A DNA stretch of 61,723 nt, counting the filler, from Deltaproteobacteria bacterium (GTDB lineage: Bacteria > JACQOV01): the NCBI GenBank assembly GCA_016202395.1. It is 3 parts of 3 records of this genome, joined end to end, with 100 filler letters (N's around TTAATTAATTAA, not from the genome) between each part and the next. Parts side by side here need not be neighbours in the genome. Positions count along the whole stretch, not along the records: positions 44,620 to 61,723 come from JACQOV010000045.1; 2 more parts are not named here. One strand, 5' to 3'. The position numbers and the translations under genes are program-made. This document shows, one piece after another, positions 48,268-58,930 of the stretch (position 1 is the stretch's first letter; the number at the start of each line of letters is the position of its first letter). Below the pieces are notes generated by a model that was not told where the DNA came from, did not search any database, and saw only the letters and a program-made list of their open reading frames with translations.

Positions 48268-48492
48268 TCATCTATTTTTTATAAACTCATCCCAGGTCAT
48301 CTCAACATCCTGCAAGATCTTCTTGATCAATCCTTTTCCAATATCTTCCCCTTTATGCATCGGAACAACGGCGGCTCGGCCATCCAAGTGGCTCAAATAG
48401 ATATGACTTCCTTCCTGTCGAATTTTTTGAAACCCCAACCGATGGAGAATACGAATGATTTGCGTAGGTTTGAGAGGAATAAGACGACTCAA
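48268..48492 (-). CDS. hicA: HicA toxin
   Basis: LGF...RQEGSH..L..VVPMH. Confidence 0.9.
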   Translation of the reverse strand: MSRLIPLKPTQIIRILHRLGFQKIRQEGSHIYLSHLDGRAAVVPMHKGEDIGKGLIKKILQDVEMTWDEFIKNR

Positions 48493-48707
48493 CAGGCAAC
48501 CTTCATTTCTTGAAGCCCAATAAACTTGAGTGGCTTGGGCGCTTTTCTCTCCACCTTAAGGCAAAGGCGGATTGCCTCTTTAATACGCTTTAAAAGCTGA
48601 TCCATATTTTTTGCTTGGGTGTGACAACCCCGTAGTGACGGAACAGAGGCCACTAACACTCCGTCTTCATCTTCTTCAATTAATACAAGACATTCGACTT
48701 TACGCAT
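48489..48707 (-). CDS. hicB: HicB antitoxin (short form)
   Basis: IEEDEDG..ASVPSLRGCHTQ..EAI. Confidence 0.9.
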   Translation of the reverse strand: MRKVECLVLIEEDEDGVLVASVPSLRGCHTQAKNMDQLLKRIKEAIRLCLKVERKAPKPLKFIGLQEMKVAC

Positions 48708-48767
48708 CACTTCCTCTTTCGAAAAAAGTAGCATGGCTGGGTGGCTAAGTCAATAAATTTGAAATCA

Positions 48768-48854
48768 CGGAGAGGGTGGGATTTGAACCCACGAGCCCCG
48801 AAGGGCTACCCGATTTCGAGTCGGGCCCGTTCAACCGGACTTTGGTACCTCTCC
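48768..48854 (-). tRNA. tRNA-Ser(CGA)
   Basis: CCCGA-CTCGAAA-TCGGG anticodon arm, long variable arm, GGTTCAAATCC. Confidence 0.93.
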
Positions 48855-49303
48855 TCGTGCAAACGGCGATTACGGAAAAAAGATTGTAGAAGACTTCGGC
48901 ATTCTTCTTCACAAATGCCCCCCTCGACTTCAACAAAGTGATTTAAAAGGGAGCCATCCAGAAGATTTAGAACGGAGCCGGCAGCGCCAACACGAGGGTC
49001 GAAGGCTCCAAAAACAAGCCGATCGATGCGCGCATTAACCATAGCGGCGGCACACATGGGGCAAGGCTCCAGCGTTGTATAAAGAGTCGTCCCATGAAGC
49101 CGATAATTTCCTAAATGCTCGGCAGCTTGACGAAGGACTAAAATCTCAGCGTGAGCTGTGGGATCGTTCAAACCAATCGGCCGATTATACGCCTCTGCTA
49201 AAATTCCTCCATCAGAATCCAGCAAAAGAGCGCCCACTGGAATCTCCCCTTCCCTCTCCGCCCTACGAGCCAGCTCCAAAGTTTTTTTCATAAAAGTTAG
49301 CAT
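48806..49303 (-). CDS. tadA: tRNA adenosine(34) deaminase
   Basis: EIPVGA, DPTAHAE, TLEPCPMC. Confidence 0.95.
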   Translation of the reverse strand: MLTFMKKTLELARRAEREGEIPVGALLLDSDGGILAEAYNRPIGLNDPTAHAEILVLRQAAEHLGNYRLHGTTLYTTLEPCPMCAAAMVNARIDRLVFGAFDPRVGAAGSVLNLLDGSLLNHFVEVEGGICEEECRSLLQSFFRNRRLHEERYQSPVERARLEIG

Positions 49304-49313
49304 TTAAATTCCC

Positions 49314-49393
49314 TGTCATCCCGCGAAGCTTGTCCCCGACAGCGATCGGGAAGCGGGGATCCAGACTGGATTCCCACTTTCGTGGGAATGACA
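49314..49393. repeat. REP-type palindromic element (GTCAT.CCCG..GGGAATGAC class)
   Basis: TGTCATCCCGCGAAG..GCGGGGATCCAG-A-CTGGATTCCCACTTTCGTGGGAATGACA. Confidence 0.75.
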
Positions 49394-49406
49394 ATCTCAC
49401 AAAAAG

Positions 49407-49480
49407 CGCGCCCGGGGTGATTCGAACACCCGACCCCTTGCTTCGTAGGCAAGTGCTCTATCCAGCTGAGCTACGGGCGC
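49407..49480 (-). tRNA. tRNA-Arg(ACG)
   Basis: GCGCCCG acceptor stem, CTTGC-CTACGAA-GCAAG anticodon arm. Confidence 0.95.
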
Positions 49481-49491
49481 AGCATAATAAA

Positions 49492-49587
<96 letters not shown>

Positions 49588-49696
49588 TAAGCTCTGACAA
49601 TCCTACCGAATATTGGCCCCCAGCTCAAGAGTTATTCTTACAGTTATTCTCACAGCTATGGCGATTTTCGAGGAAATACGATATGTTTCAACACTT

Positions 49697-51085
49697 ATGG
49701 CGGCAAACACTTTATTCGAGAAAATCTGGGAAAACCACAGGATTTATGAGGAATCGGGGAAGCCAAGCCTTCTGTTTATCGATCTCCATTTAGCTCATGA
49801 GGTAACCTCCCCGCAGGCTTTTGAGGGATTACGGTTGAATCAACGGAAAGTGCGGCATCCGGAGCTCACGGTTGCAACGGTGGATCATAACGTTCCAACG
49901 ACCGATCGATCGATCCCTATCGCCGATCCCATTTCGGCAAAGCAGATTGAAACTCTCTCTAAAAACTGCAAAGAGTTTGGAATTAAACTCTTTGATCTTT
50001 CTAGCCCCCATCAAGGAATTGTTCATGTGATCGGGCCCGAGTTGGGCCTCACACAACCTGGGATGACGATCGTGTGCGGGGACAGCCATACCTCCACGCA
50101 TGGAGCCTTCGGAGCGCTTGCGTTTGGGATCGGAACCAGTGAGGTGGAACATGTGCTCGCCACCCAAACTTTAAGCCAAGTGAAACCTAAAACTTTTGAG
50201 GTGCGCGTCGAAGGGAAACTCACTCCAGGGGTTACTGCGAAGGACCTCGTTCTCCACATCATTGGGAAGTTAGGGACCGCAGGGGGCATTGGCTATGTGC
50301 TGGAATATACCGGCGATGCGATTCGAAGGATGACCATGGAAGAGCGGATGACGGTTTGCAATATGTCGATTGAGGCAGGAGCGCGCGCAGGGATGATCTC
50401 GCCTGACGACACCACTTTCGCCTACCTCGAAGGGCGACGTTACGCCCCTAAAAGCCCAAAATGGGCTCCAGCGATCGAACAATGGAAAAAGCTCCCCACC
50501 GATCCTGGAGCTTCTTTTGACAAACAGCTTATTTTTAAAGCCGAAGAGATTGCCCCTCAAGTCACATGGGGAACGAATCCCGCCATGACCGTGGATGTGA
50601 CTGGATCCGTTCCTGACCCCTCGGACGTCTCGGATGAAAAGGCCCTTGAATACATGGGGCTTCAGCCCAAAACGCCGATCTTAGAGATCCCCATTGACCG
50701 AGTCTTTATTGGCTCGTGCACCAATTCCCGAATCGAAGATCTGCGAGCTGCGGCCCAAGTTGTGAAAGGACGAAAGGTAAACTCTAGAGTTCGAGCCATG
50801 GTGGTCCCCGGCTCACAAGTGATTAAGGCGCAGGCCGAGAAAGAGGGTTTGGATAAAATTTATAAAGAGGCTGGCTTTGAATGGCGAGAGTCGGGCTGCT
50901 CGATGTGTTTAGGCATGAATCCCGATATTTTGCAACCGGGGGAGCGGTGTGCTAGCACTTCGAATCGGAACTTTGAAGGGCGCCAAGGACGTGGCGGAAG
51001 AACTCATCTGGTAAGCCCTGTGATGGCCGCCGCGGCGGCTATTGCCGGTCATTTTGTGGACATTCGAAAGTGGAATGATTCATGA
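49697..51085 (+). CDS. leuC: 3-isopropylmalate dehydratase large subunit
   Basis: [34 protein letters not shown]. Confidence 0.97.
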   Translation: MAANTLFEKIWENHRIYEESGKPSLLFIDLHLAHEVTSPQAFEGLRLNQRKVRHPELTVATVDHNVPTTDRSIPIADPISAKQIETLSKNCKEFGIKLFDLSSPHQGIVHVIGPELGLTQPGMTIVCGDSHTSTHGAFGALAFGIGTSEVEHVLATQTLSQVKPKTFEVRVEGKLTPGVTAKDLVLHIIGKLGTAGGIGYVLEYTGDAIRRMTMEERMTVCNMSIEAGARAGMISPDDTTFAYLEGRRYAPKSPKWAPAIEQWKKLPTDPGASFDKQLIFKAEEIAPQVTWGTNPAMTVDVTGSVPDPSDVSDEKALEYMGLQPKTPILEIPIDRVFIGSCTNSRIEDLRAAAQVVKGRKVNSRVRAMVVPGSQVIKAQAEKEGLDKIYKEAGFEWRESGCSMCLGMNPDILQPGERCASTSNRNFEGRQGRGGRTHLVSPVMAAAAAIAGHFVDIRKWNDS

Positions 51086-51696
51086 AAGCATTCAGAAAAC
51101 ATAAAGGAATCGTGGCTCCATTAGATCGCGCGAATGTGGACACCGATCAGATCATCCCGAAGCAATTTTTGAAACGGATCGAGCGAACCGGCTACGAAGA
51201 TTGCCTTTTTTTCGATTGGCGTTTTACACCCGATGGAAAAGCTCGCCCCGATTTTGTGTTGAATCAACTCCGCTACAAAGGGGCCTCCATCTTGCTTGCA
51301 CGCGCAAATTTCGGGTGTGGCAGCTCTCGAGAGCACGCCCCTTGGGCTCTTTGGGATTATGGCTTCCGTGTCATCATGGCTCCTTCGTTTGCCGATATCT
51401 TTTACAGTAATTGTGTTAAAAACGGCTTACTCCCTGTGCGGCTGAGGGAAACGGAGGTGGAGGAGCTGTTCCGCTGCACTGAAGGGGAGGTCGGCTATGA
51501 GCTGACGGTCGATCTTGAAACACAAACGGTGAGCAATGGCGACCATTTTTCCGCCAAATTTTCGACCGATCCTTTCCATCGAGAATGCTTGCTGGGAGGC
51601 CTCGATGAGATTAGTTTAACCTTGAAACATGAAGACAAGATTCGGGCGTATGAACAAAACCAGCTACCGAAGTTCATCCGCCCTCAAGTGAAATAG
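51082..51696 (+). CDS. leuD: 3-isopropylmalate dehydratase small subunit
   Basis: [24 protein letters not shown]. Confidence 0.97.
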   Translation: MKAFRKHKGIVAPLDRANVDTDQIIPKQFLKRIERTGYEDCLFFDWRFTPDGKARPDFVLNQLRYKGASILLARANFGCGSSREHAPWALWDYGFRVIMAPSFADIFYSNCVKNGLLPVRLRETEVEELFRCTEGEVGYELTVDLETQTVSNGDHFSAKFSTDPFHRECLLGGLDEISLTLKHEDKIRAYEQNQLPKFIRPQVK

Positions 51697-51706
51697 GAGG
51701 AATGCA

Positions 51707-52726
51707 ATGATTATCGTGATGCGTTCAGGCGCAACAGAAAAAGAGGTTCAAGAAGTCTGCGACAAGATTGTCCAGCTCGGCTATAAACCCCATGTCATCC
51801 AAGGGGTGGAGCGGACCATCATCGGCGCCATTGGCGATGAGCGTGGGAAAGGGGTGCTTCAATCTCTCGAAACACTGCCTCATGTTGAAAAAGTAGTCCC
51901 GATTCTTCAACCTTACAAGCTCGCCAGCAGCGAGGTCAAGCAAGAAAAAACAACTATTGCCATCGGAAAAGACGTGGTGATTGGCGGGAAAAAGATTGTT
52001 GTGATGGCCGGCCCGTGCGGTGTCGAAAGTGAAGAGCAATTGCTGGAAACAGCGGAGCAGGTGAAAAAAGCGGGCGCAGCGATTCTTCGCGGAGGGGCCT
52101 TTAAACCTCGGACCTCCCCCTACGCCTTCCAAGGGCTTGCGGAAGCCGGTTTAAAACTTCTGGCCAAAGCTCGAGAAAAAACAGGGCTTCCTGTGATCAC
52201 GGAGGTGGTGGATCCCCATGATGTGGCTGTGGTGGAGAAGTATGCGGACATTCTCCAAATCGGAGCTCGCAACGTTCAGAATTTTGCACTTCTCAAAAAG
52301 GCGGGAAAAGCCAAAAAACCGGTTCTGCTCAAAAGAGGGATGATGACCACGATTCAAGAATTCCTCATGGCGGCCGAATACATCCTCTCGGAAGGAAACC
52401 CCGACGTGATCCTCTGCGAACGCGGGATTCGGACCTTTGAAACCGCCACGCGGAACACGCTCGATTTGAGCGCCATCCCCGTGTTGCGAGACAAGACGCA
52501 TCTTCCCATCATCGTAGATCCAAGCCATGGCACCGGGCATTGGAGATATGTCGCCCCCATGGCTTACGCCGGAATCGCCGCGGGAGCGGATGGTCTCCTG
52601 ATTGAAGTCCACCGAAAACCGGAGGAGGCTTTGAGCGATGGCCCCCAATCTCTGAAACCTGAAAAATTTGCCGAGATGATGAAACACCTCAAGGCCTTCG
52701 CCGAGGCCGCCGACCGGAAATTGTGA
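51707..52726 (+). CDS. aroF: DAHP synthase type I-beta with N-terminal regulatory domain
   Basis: AGPC, KPRTSPY, IGARN, LCERG, DPSH. Confidence 0.95.
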   Translation: MIIVMRSGATEKEVQEVCDKIVQLGYKPHVIQGVERTIIGAIGDERGKGVLQSLETLPHVEKVVPILQPYKLASSEVKQEKTTIAIGKDVVIGGKKIVVMAGPCGVESEEQLLETAEQVKKAGAAILRGGAFKPRTSPYAFQGLAEAGLKLLAKAREKTGLPVITEVVDPHDVAVVEKYADILQIGARNVQNFALLKKAGKAKKPVLLKRGMMTTIQEFLMAAEYILSEGNPDVILCERGIRTFETATRNTLDLSAIPVLRDKTHLPIIVDPSHGTGHWRYVAPMAYAGIAAGADGLLIEVHRKPEEALSDGPQSLKPEKFAEMMKHLKAFAEAADRKL

Positions 52727-52728
52727 TC

Positions 52729-55566
52729 ATGTCGAAAAGTGAATATAAATCGACTTTGAATCTTCCCCAAACCGCTTTTCCCATGAAGGCGAATCTCCCT
52801 CAGAGGGAGCCTGAAATCTTGAAACGGTGGGAGGAAACGAATCTTTACCCACAGATCGTCGAACAACAAAAAGAGGCCCCTGCCTACCTCTTACACGATG
52901 GCCCTCCCTACGCCAATGGCCACATTCATTTGGGGCACGCGCTGAACAAAATCTTAAAGGACATTATTGTTCGCTCCCGAAACCAGATGGGATTCCGCAG
53001 TGAATATGTTCCAGGCTGGGATTGTCATGGTTTGCCCATCGAACATCAGGTGGACAAAGAGCTTGGGCCCAAGAAAAAGACGATGACCCAAACCCAGATT
53101 CGGAGCGAATGCCGCAAATACGCCAAAAAATTTGTGGAGATCCAGAAGAAGGAGTTTCAGCGCCTCGGGGTGATGGGAGATTGGGAGCATCCTTACCTCA
53201 CAATGGATCCGAGCTATGAAGCAACGATTGTTCGGGAATTTGGGCAGATGGTCCGAGCCGGAGGGGTTTATCGAGGCCGAAAGCCGATCCACTGGTGTGT
53301 CTCCTGTCAAACGGCCTTGGCGGAGGCGGAAGTGGAGTACGAAAATCATCGCTCCGCTTCCATTTATGTGAAGTTCCCTGTCATTTCAAATGACAAAGCG
53401 CTTCAGTTAAAGTCGGAGGGTAAAAAGTTTTCTTTTGTGATTTGGACAACAACCCCTTGGACGTTGCCCGCAAACCGCGCCATCGCCGTTCATCCTCAAT
53501 TCCACTATCTTGCTCTCGAGACTGACAATGAACTTTTGATCCTAGCGGAAGAGCTCCTCGAGGTTTGCAAAAAGGATTGGCTCCTCGAAGTGAAAGAGAT
53601 CCCCAAACGTTGGCTTGGAAGCGAATTGGAAGGGATCGTTTGTTCGAATCCTCTGACAGGCCTCCCCTCTCCCGTCATTTTAGGAGAACATGTCCACGCC
53701 GAGCAGGGAACCGGTGTCGTTCACACGGCCCCTGGCCATGGACAGGAGGATTTCGAGATTGGCCAACGCTATAAGCTGGAGGTCTTCTCCCCTCTCGACG
53801 ACCAAGGCCGTTTCACTCGGGAGTATCCTCCTCTGGAAAAAGTGGGGGTCTTCGAAGCCAACCCCAAGATCGTGCAGGAGCTCCAGGAGAAAGAGGCCCT
53901 AATCCCCAATAGATCAAAGGAGATTGAGCACAGCTATCCGCATTGTTGGCGGTGCAAAAAACCGGTCATCTTCCGAGCCACCTCCCAATGGTTCCTTTCC
54001 ATGTCCCACAACGACATGCGCAAACGAGCTTTACAGGAGATCGAAAAAGTGGAGTGGGTCCCCCCTTGGGGGAAAGATCGGATTCGAGGGATGCTAGAAA
54101 GCCGACCCGATTGGTGCCTATCGCGCCAACGATCCTGGGGAGTTCCGATCGTTGCGTTCCATTGTCAAGATTGTGGAGAGGCGATCCTTAATCCGGATTG
54201 GATTGAACACGTGGCGAAGCAGATTGAAAAAGATCCGCAGGGAACCGACCTCTGGTTTTCAAAATTGGCTCTAGAGCTCCTCCCTTCAGGAGCGCAATGC
54301 CTTCAATGCCATGGAAGCCGTCTTGAAAAAGAGATGAACATCCTCGACGTCTGGTTTGATTCCGGTGTAAGTTATGCAGCCGTGGTGGAAAAACGCTTTC
54401 CACGGGTTGGAAGAGCCTCCCTTTATCTGGAAGGGAGTGATCAACACCGAGGCTGGTTTCAAAGCGCCCTGCTTACCGCTCTGGCCACTCAAAGGAGAGC
54501 CCCTTATGACACCGTGTTAACTCACGGTTTTACGGTGGATGGCGAAGGGCGAAAGATGTCGAAGTCGTTCGGGAACGTGATTGCCCCTGAAGAGGTGATC
54601 CGAGAGTACGGCTCCGAGATCCTACGTCTCTGGGTGACCGCCGAGGATTACACCGAAGATGTGCGAATTTCAGGCGATATTTTAAAGCAACTCGCCGATA
54701 CCTATCGTCGGATCCGAAATACCTGCCGCTATCTTTTGGGAAATCTCTTTGACTTTGATCCCCAAAAAGATCGTGTCTCTTACTCTCAACTTTTAGACAT
54801 CGACCGATTCATGCTCCATCAACTCCATCAACTCCTCACTCAAGCAGAACAGGCTTACACATCGTTTCAATTCCACAAGATCTACCATAGCGTTCACAAA
54901 TTCTGTGTTACGGATCTGAGCGCTTTCTATCTGGATATCCTGAAAGATCGCCTCTACACCTCGGCTAAAAACTCTCGGGAGCGACGCTCCGCTCAGACCG
55001 TTTTGTACGACACCTTGATCCATTTGGTGCAAGGGATTGCCCCAATTCTCCCCTTCACGGCTGAAGAGGTTTGGAGCTACATTCCAAACCGCGCAGACTC
55101 CAAGAGTGTGCATCTGTCGAAGGGCTGGAAGATCGAAAAAGAATGGCATAATTTAGAGCTTGCCTCCCAATGGGAAACTTTGTTGGAAATTCGTGGAGAG
55201 ATCCTGAAACCGATTGAGATCGCGCGCCAACAAGGAACGCTGGGAAGCTCGCTCGAGGCTCGAGTGGAGATTAAACCTGCAAAGAGCCATCTAGAGCTCT
55301 TACAACGCTATCGAGATGGGCTCCCTACCCTGCTCATTGTTTCACAGGTGAATCTCGTCTCCAATGCTTTAGCCGATGGTTCTTGGAAAAGCCCGTTATG
55401 GCCTGAGATGGAGATTCGAGTGGATCGGGCTCGAGGGAGTAAATGTCAGCGCTGTTGGAATTACAAAGAAGAAGTCGGAACATTCTTAGAAGCGCCCGAT
55501 CTATGTGGTCGATGCTTCGACGTGATAAAATCCCATTCCGTTCATGGTTCGACAGGCTCACCATGA
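52729..55566 (+). CDS. ileS: Isoleucine--tRNA ligase (type 1)
   Basis: PPYANGHIHLGH, KMSKS, C-terminal CQRC..CGRC zinc finger. Confidence 0.98.
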   Translation: MSKSEYKSTLNLPQTAFPMKANLPQREPEILKRWEETNLYPQIVEQQKEAPAYLLHDGPPYANGHIHLGHALNKILKDIIVRSRNQMGFRSEYVPGWDCHGLPIEHQVDKELGPKKKTMTQTQIRSECRKYAKKFVEIQKKEFQRLGVMGDWEHPYLTMDPSYEATIVREFGQMVRAGGVYRGRKPIHWCVSCQTALAEAEVEYENHRSASIYVKFPVISNDKALQLKSEGKKFSFVIWTTTPWTLPANRAIAVHPQFHYLALETDNELLILAEELLEVCKKDWLLEVKEIPKRWLGSELEGIVCSNPLTGLPSPVILGEHVHAEQGTGVVHTAPGHGQEDFEIGQRYKLEVFSPLDDQGRFTREYPPLEKVGVFEANPKIVQELQEKEALIPNRSKEIEHSYPHCWRCKKPVIFRATSQWFLSMSHNDMRKRALQEIEKVEWVPPWGKDRIRGMLESRPDWCLSRQRSWGVPIVAFHCQDCGEAILNPDWIEHVAKQIEKDPQGTDLWFSKLALELLPSGAQCLQCHGSRLEKEMNILDVWFDSGVSYAAVVEKRFPRVGRASLYLEGSDQHRGWFQSALLTALATQRRAPYDTVLTHGFTVDGEGRKMSKSFGNVIAPEEVIREYGSEILRLWVTAEDYTEDVRISGDILKQLADTYRRIRNTCRYLLGNLFDFDPQKDRVSYSQLLDIDRFMLHQLHQLLTQAEQAYTSFQFHKIYHSVHKFCVTDLSAFYLDILKDRLYTSAKNSRERRSAQTVLYDTLIHLVQGIAPILPFTAEEVWSYIPNRADSKSVHLSKGWKIEKEWHNLELASQWETLLEIRGEILKPIEIARQQGTLGSSLEARVEIKPAKSHLELLQRYRDGLPTLLIVSQVNLVSNALADGSWKSPLWPEMEIRVDRARGSKCQRCWNYKEEVGTFLEAPDLCGRCFDVIKSHSVHGSTGSP

Positions 55567-55613
55567 ACGGCTTAATGCCAAACCGTTCGTCCTGAGCGAA
55601 GTCGAAGGACGAA
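55538..55613. repeat. REP-type palindrome doublet overlapping the ileS stop
   Basis: CCGTTCATGGT-TCGACAGGCTC-ACCATGAACGG and inverted relative CCGTTCGTCCT-GAGCGAAGTCGA-AGGACGAA. Confidence 0.75.
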
Positions 55614-55629
55614 TAACTCGGGAAACGAA

Positions 55630-56121
55630 ATGACTCGACCGATTAAAATACTGGCTCTCGGAGCTCCCAGCATTGTTCTTCTAGATCAGATCACCAAGAT
55701 TCTCGTTGAGAAAGGGATGAGATTGGGAGAAATATCCGTTGCGATCGATGGAATCTTGAATCTTGCCTATGTCCGCAACGCGGGGGCTGCCTTCGGCCTT
55801 TTCTCCTCGATTCCTTCTTCGATTCGATCCCCTCTTTTTGTGACGATCTCTCTCATTGCGATCGGGATCATCTTCTTTATCCTTCGTAAAATCCCATCGC
55901 AAAAGATCATGCTACCGGTAGGCTTGACCTCGATTCTTGGAGGAGCTATAGGAAATCTACTCGATCGAATCCGACTGGGGTACGTGATCGACTTTATCGA
56001 TGTTCACTGGAAACACATTCATTGGCCTGCTTTTAATGTAGCCGATATCGCCATCACGGTGGGGGTAGCGCTCATCTTGATCGATGGCTGGGGAGTGAAA
56101 TCGGGAGATGGAACAACATAG
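55630..56121 (+). CDS. lspA: Lipoprotein signal peptidase II
   Basis: LDQITK, NAGAAFG, GNLLDR, VIDF, FNVAD. Confidence 0.97.
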   Translation: MTRPIKILALGAPSIVLLDQITKILVEKGMRLGEISVAIDGILNLAYVRNAGAAFGLFSSIPSSIRSPLFVTISLIAIGIIFFILRKIPSQKIMLPVGLTSILGGAIGNLLDRIRLGYVIDFIDVHWKHIHWPAFNVADIAITVGVALILIDGWGVKSGDGTT

Positions 56122-56974
56122 ATTCACGAGCTTCGATGGCACCAAGCTCGCTGGCTTTCGGGCTGGAGAAAAAGGGAAGCCGGCCCTTGTTTTAGCCAAC
56201 GGTCTCGGAGGAGACGTTGAGGCATGGAGGCATCTGATCGATCAGCTCCAGGATCGATACCACATCATTTCCTGGGATTATCGTGGCCTATTCCGCTCGG
56301 ACATCCCTAAAGACCCGAGCTCCTACGCTGTTAAAACTCATTGTCTGGATCTGGCAACACTCCTCAAACAAGAAGAGATTGATTCCTTTGTGATAGCCGG
56401 TTGGAGCATGGGGGTTCAAGTTTGCCTGGAGCATTATCGCCTCTTTCCCGAACAAGTCCAGGGGCTGATTCTAGTTTGCGGAACCTACGGGAGGCCTTTT
56501 GAGACGGCTTTCCATGCCAAAATCCCCAAATTTATCCTTGAGGAACTCACCCGATTCTTCCACAAGCAACACAAACTCGTGGAGTATGTGATGAGAAAGA
56601 TGCTTCATCAAATCGACGTGGTGCGATGGGGAAAGGTGCTAGGGTTTCTCGCCCATCAAACAGAGGAACGGGTTGTCCGTAAAGTGGTGGACAATTTTAT
56701 CTCAACGCTCAATATGGAGGTCTACTTCCAGATTCTAGATGCCCTCTCAAAACACGATGCGGAAGAGATCCTTGAGAAAATCCACGTTCCCACCTTGATC
56801 GTTGCAGGAGGTAAAGATTTCTTCACCCCCATGTCCTTGGCCGAAGAGATGCACCAAAGGATTCAAGGCTCAGAGCTGGTCATTGTCCCTGGAGGATCAC
56901 ATTACGCTCCGGTAGAATATCCGGAGGTAATCAATCCCGCCGTCGAAAACTTCCTCTCGCAGAACAAACTTTAA
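56108..56974 (+). CDS. Alpha/beta hydrolase
   Basis: DYRG, GWSMG nucleophile elbow, downstream D and H triad residues. Confidence 0.88.
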   Translation: MEQHRFTSFDGTKLAGFRAGEKGKPALVLANGLGGDVEAWRHLIDQLQDRYHIISWDYRGLFRSDIPKDPSSYAVKTHCLDLATLLKQEEIDSFVIAGWSMGVQVCLEHYRLFPEQVQGLILVCGTYGRPFETAFHAKIPKFILEELTRFFHKQHKLVEYVMRKMLHQIDVVRWGKVLGFLAHQTEERVVRKVVDNFISTLNMEVYFQILDALSKHDAEEILEKIHVPTLIVAGGKDFFTPMSLAEEMHQRIQGSELVIVPGGSHYAPVEYPEVINPAVENFLSQNKL

Positions 56975-56979
56975 CCCCC

Positions 56980-58392
56980 TTAAGAGTCGTAGTAGAGCGA
57001 GAACTCAATCGCCGTGGGACGCATGCGAACTGGATTGATCTCCTTCTCATGCTTCCACTGGATCCAGGTTTCAATCACATCGGGTGTGAAGACATCCCCT
57101 TTGAGCAAGAACTCATGATCCTTCTCTAAGGCCTTTAAAGCCCCTTCGAGAGAGCCAGGAAGGGTCGGCACCCCTTTGAGTTCTTCAGGCGACAAAGCGT
57201 AGATGTCTTTATCCAACGGTTCACCCGGGTCGATCTTGTTCTCGATCCCATCCAATCCTGCCATGAGCATGGCAGCAAAGGCTAGGTAGCCATTACAAGA
57301 AGGATCAGGGAAACGAACCTCGATCCGCTTGGCCTTTGGACTGGGGCTATACATTGGAATCCGAATGGCTGCGGAGCGGTTCCGGCTGGAATAAGCGAGA
57401 TTCACCGGCGCCTCAAATCCAGGGACCAACCGACGATACGAATTAGTCGTTGGAGCCACAAAGGCGCACAACGCGGAGGCATGCTTCAAGATTCCTCCGA
57501 TGTAATTCAAACCCATCGGACTCATGCCACCATAGCTTTCTCCAGCAAACAATGGTTTCCCATTCTTCCAGATACTCTGGTGGACGTGCATCCCGGAGCC
57601 ATTATCTCCAAAGATCGGCTTTGGCATGAAGGTCACAGTCTTCCCTCGCCTGCGAGCCACGTTTTTACAAACGTATTTGTACCACGCCAACTTATCAGCC
57701 ATTCGAACCAACGAGTCGAATCGCATGTCGATCTCCGCCTGACCCGCGGTAGCCACTTCGTGATGCTGTTTTTCCACTTGAATCCCCACTCGGGCCATCT
57801 CCAGAATCATCTCCGATCGGATGTCTTGCTGACTATCCGTTGGAGGGACCGGGAAATATCCCTCTTTGTAGCGGGGCTTAAAACCAAGATTCGGCTTCTC
57901 ATCTCGTCCCGTATTCCACTGCCCTTCGACGGAATCGACAGAGTAGGAAGAGTAATTGTATCCTTGATCATACCGAACATCATCAAAGATAAAGAACTCG
58001 GGCTCGGGACCAAAATAAACGACATCGCCGATGCCGGTCGATTTGAGATGCGCCTCTGCCTTTTGGGCGATATTGCGAGGATCCCGCGTGTAGGGCTCCT
58101 TGGTGATCGGATCGACAATGCCGCAGATCAAACTCAAAGAGGTTGCTTGCATAAACGGATCAATCACCGCCGTGGTGGGATCTGGAATAAGGTTCATATC
58201 GCTGGCATGGATTGGTTGCCATCCGCGAATGCTAGAGCCATCAAATCCCAGCCCCTCTTCAAATACATCCTCTGTGAGCTCCTCCAGAGGGGTGCTGAAG
58301 TGCTGCCAAATTCCCAAAAGATCAAGGAACTTAAAATCAACAATCTTTACCCCGCTCTCCTTTGCAAACTTAAGTACCTCTTTCGGTGTCAT
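56980..58392 (-). CDS. glnA: Type I glutamine synthetase
   Basis: FDGSSI, HHEVA, TFMPKP, NGSGMH, DKDIY adenylylation loop; GAGGAGG RBS. Confidence 0.98.
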   Translation of the reverse strand: MTPKEVLKFAKESGVKIVDFKFLDLLGIWQHFSTPLEELTEDVFEEGLGFDGSSIRGWQPIHASDMNLIPDPTTAVIDPFMQATSLSLICGIVDPITKEPYTRDPRNIAQKAEAHLKSTGIGDVVYFGPEPEFFIFDDVRYDQGYNYSSYSVDSVEGQWNTGRDEKPNLGFKPRYKEGYFPVPPTDSQQDIRSEMILEMARVGIQVEKQHHEVATAGQAEIDMRFDSLVRMADKLAWYKYVCKNVARRRGKTVTFMPKPIFGDNGSGMHVHQSIWKNGKPLFAGESYGGMSPMGLNYIGGILKHASALCAFVAPTTNSYRRLVPGFEAPVNLAYSSRNRSAAIRIPMYSPSPKAKRIEVRFPDPSCNGYLAFAAMLMAGLDGIENKIDPGEPLDKDIYALSPEELKGVPTLPGSLEGALKALEKDHEFLLKGDVFTPDVIETWIQWKHEKEINPVRMRPTAIEFSLYYDS

Positions 58393-58428
58393 GTTCATCT
58401 CCTCCTCACTCTCCTGTTTTTTAATACA

Positions 58429-58468
58429 AACGCAATAAACACTGTTACACACAGATATTTATTGCGTT
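58429..58468. promoter_or_regulatory. Long stem-loop in the glnA leader
   Basis: AACGCAATAAA..TTTATTGCGTT outer stem with CTGT/ACAG inner stem. Confidence 0.5.
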
Positions 58469-58518
58469 CATAGCGATGTTACTTTAATGAATGACGTTTA
58501 CGTTAGTGGACCCTCATT

Positions 58519-58866
<348 letters not shown>

Positions 58867-58930
58867 CTATAACAGCTCTCATTGCTGTATCATAACCCTA
58901 GATTAGTGTAAAGTGCCTCATTTCCGCTCA

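Noticed and set aside
49630-49655. DnaA boxes or a replication origin
   Set aside because: The repeats do not match TTWTNCACA and there is no origin context
57481-58473. 330-aa ORF antisense to glnA, and similar antisense ORFs over the glycan cassette, aroF and ileS
   Set aside because: Shadow frames of well-conserved genes with no recognisable motifs
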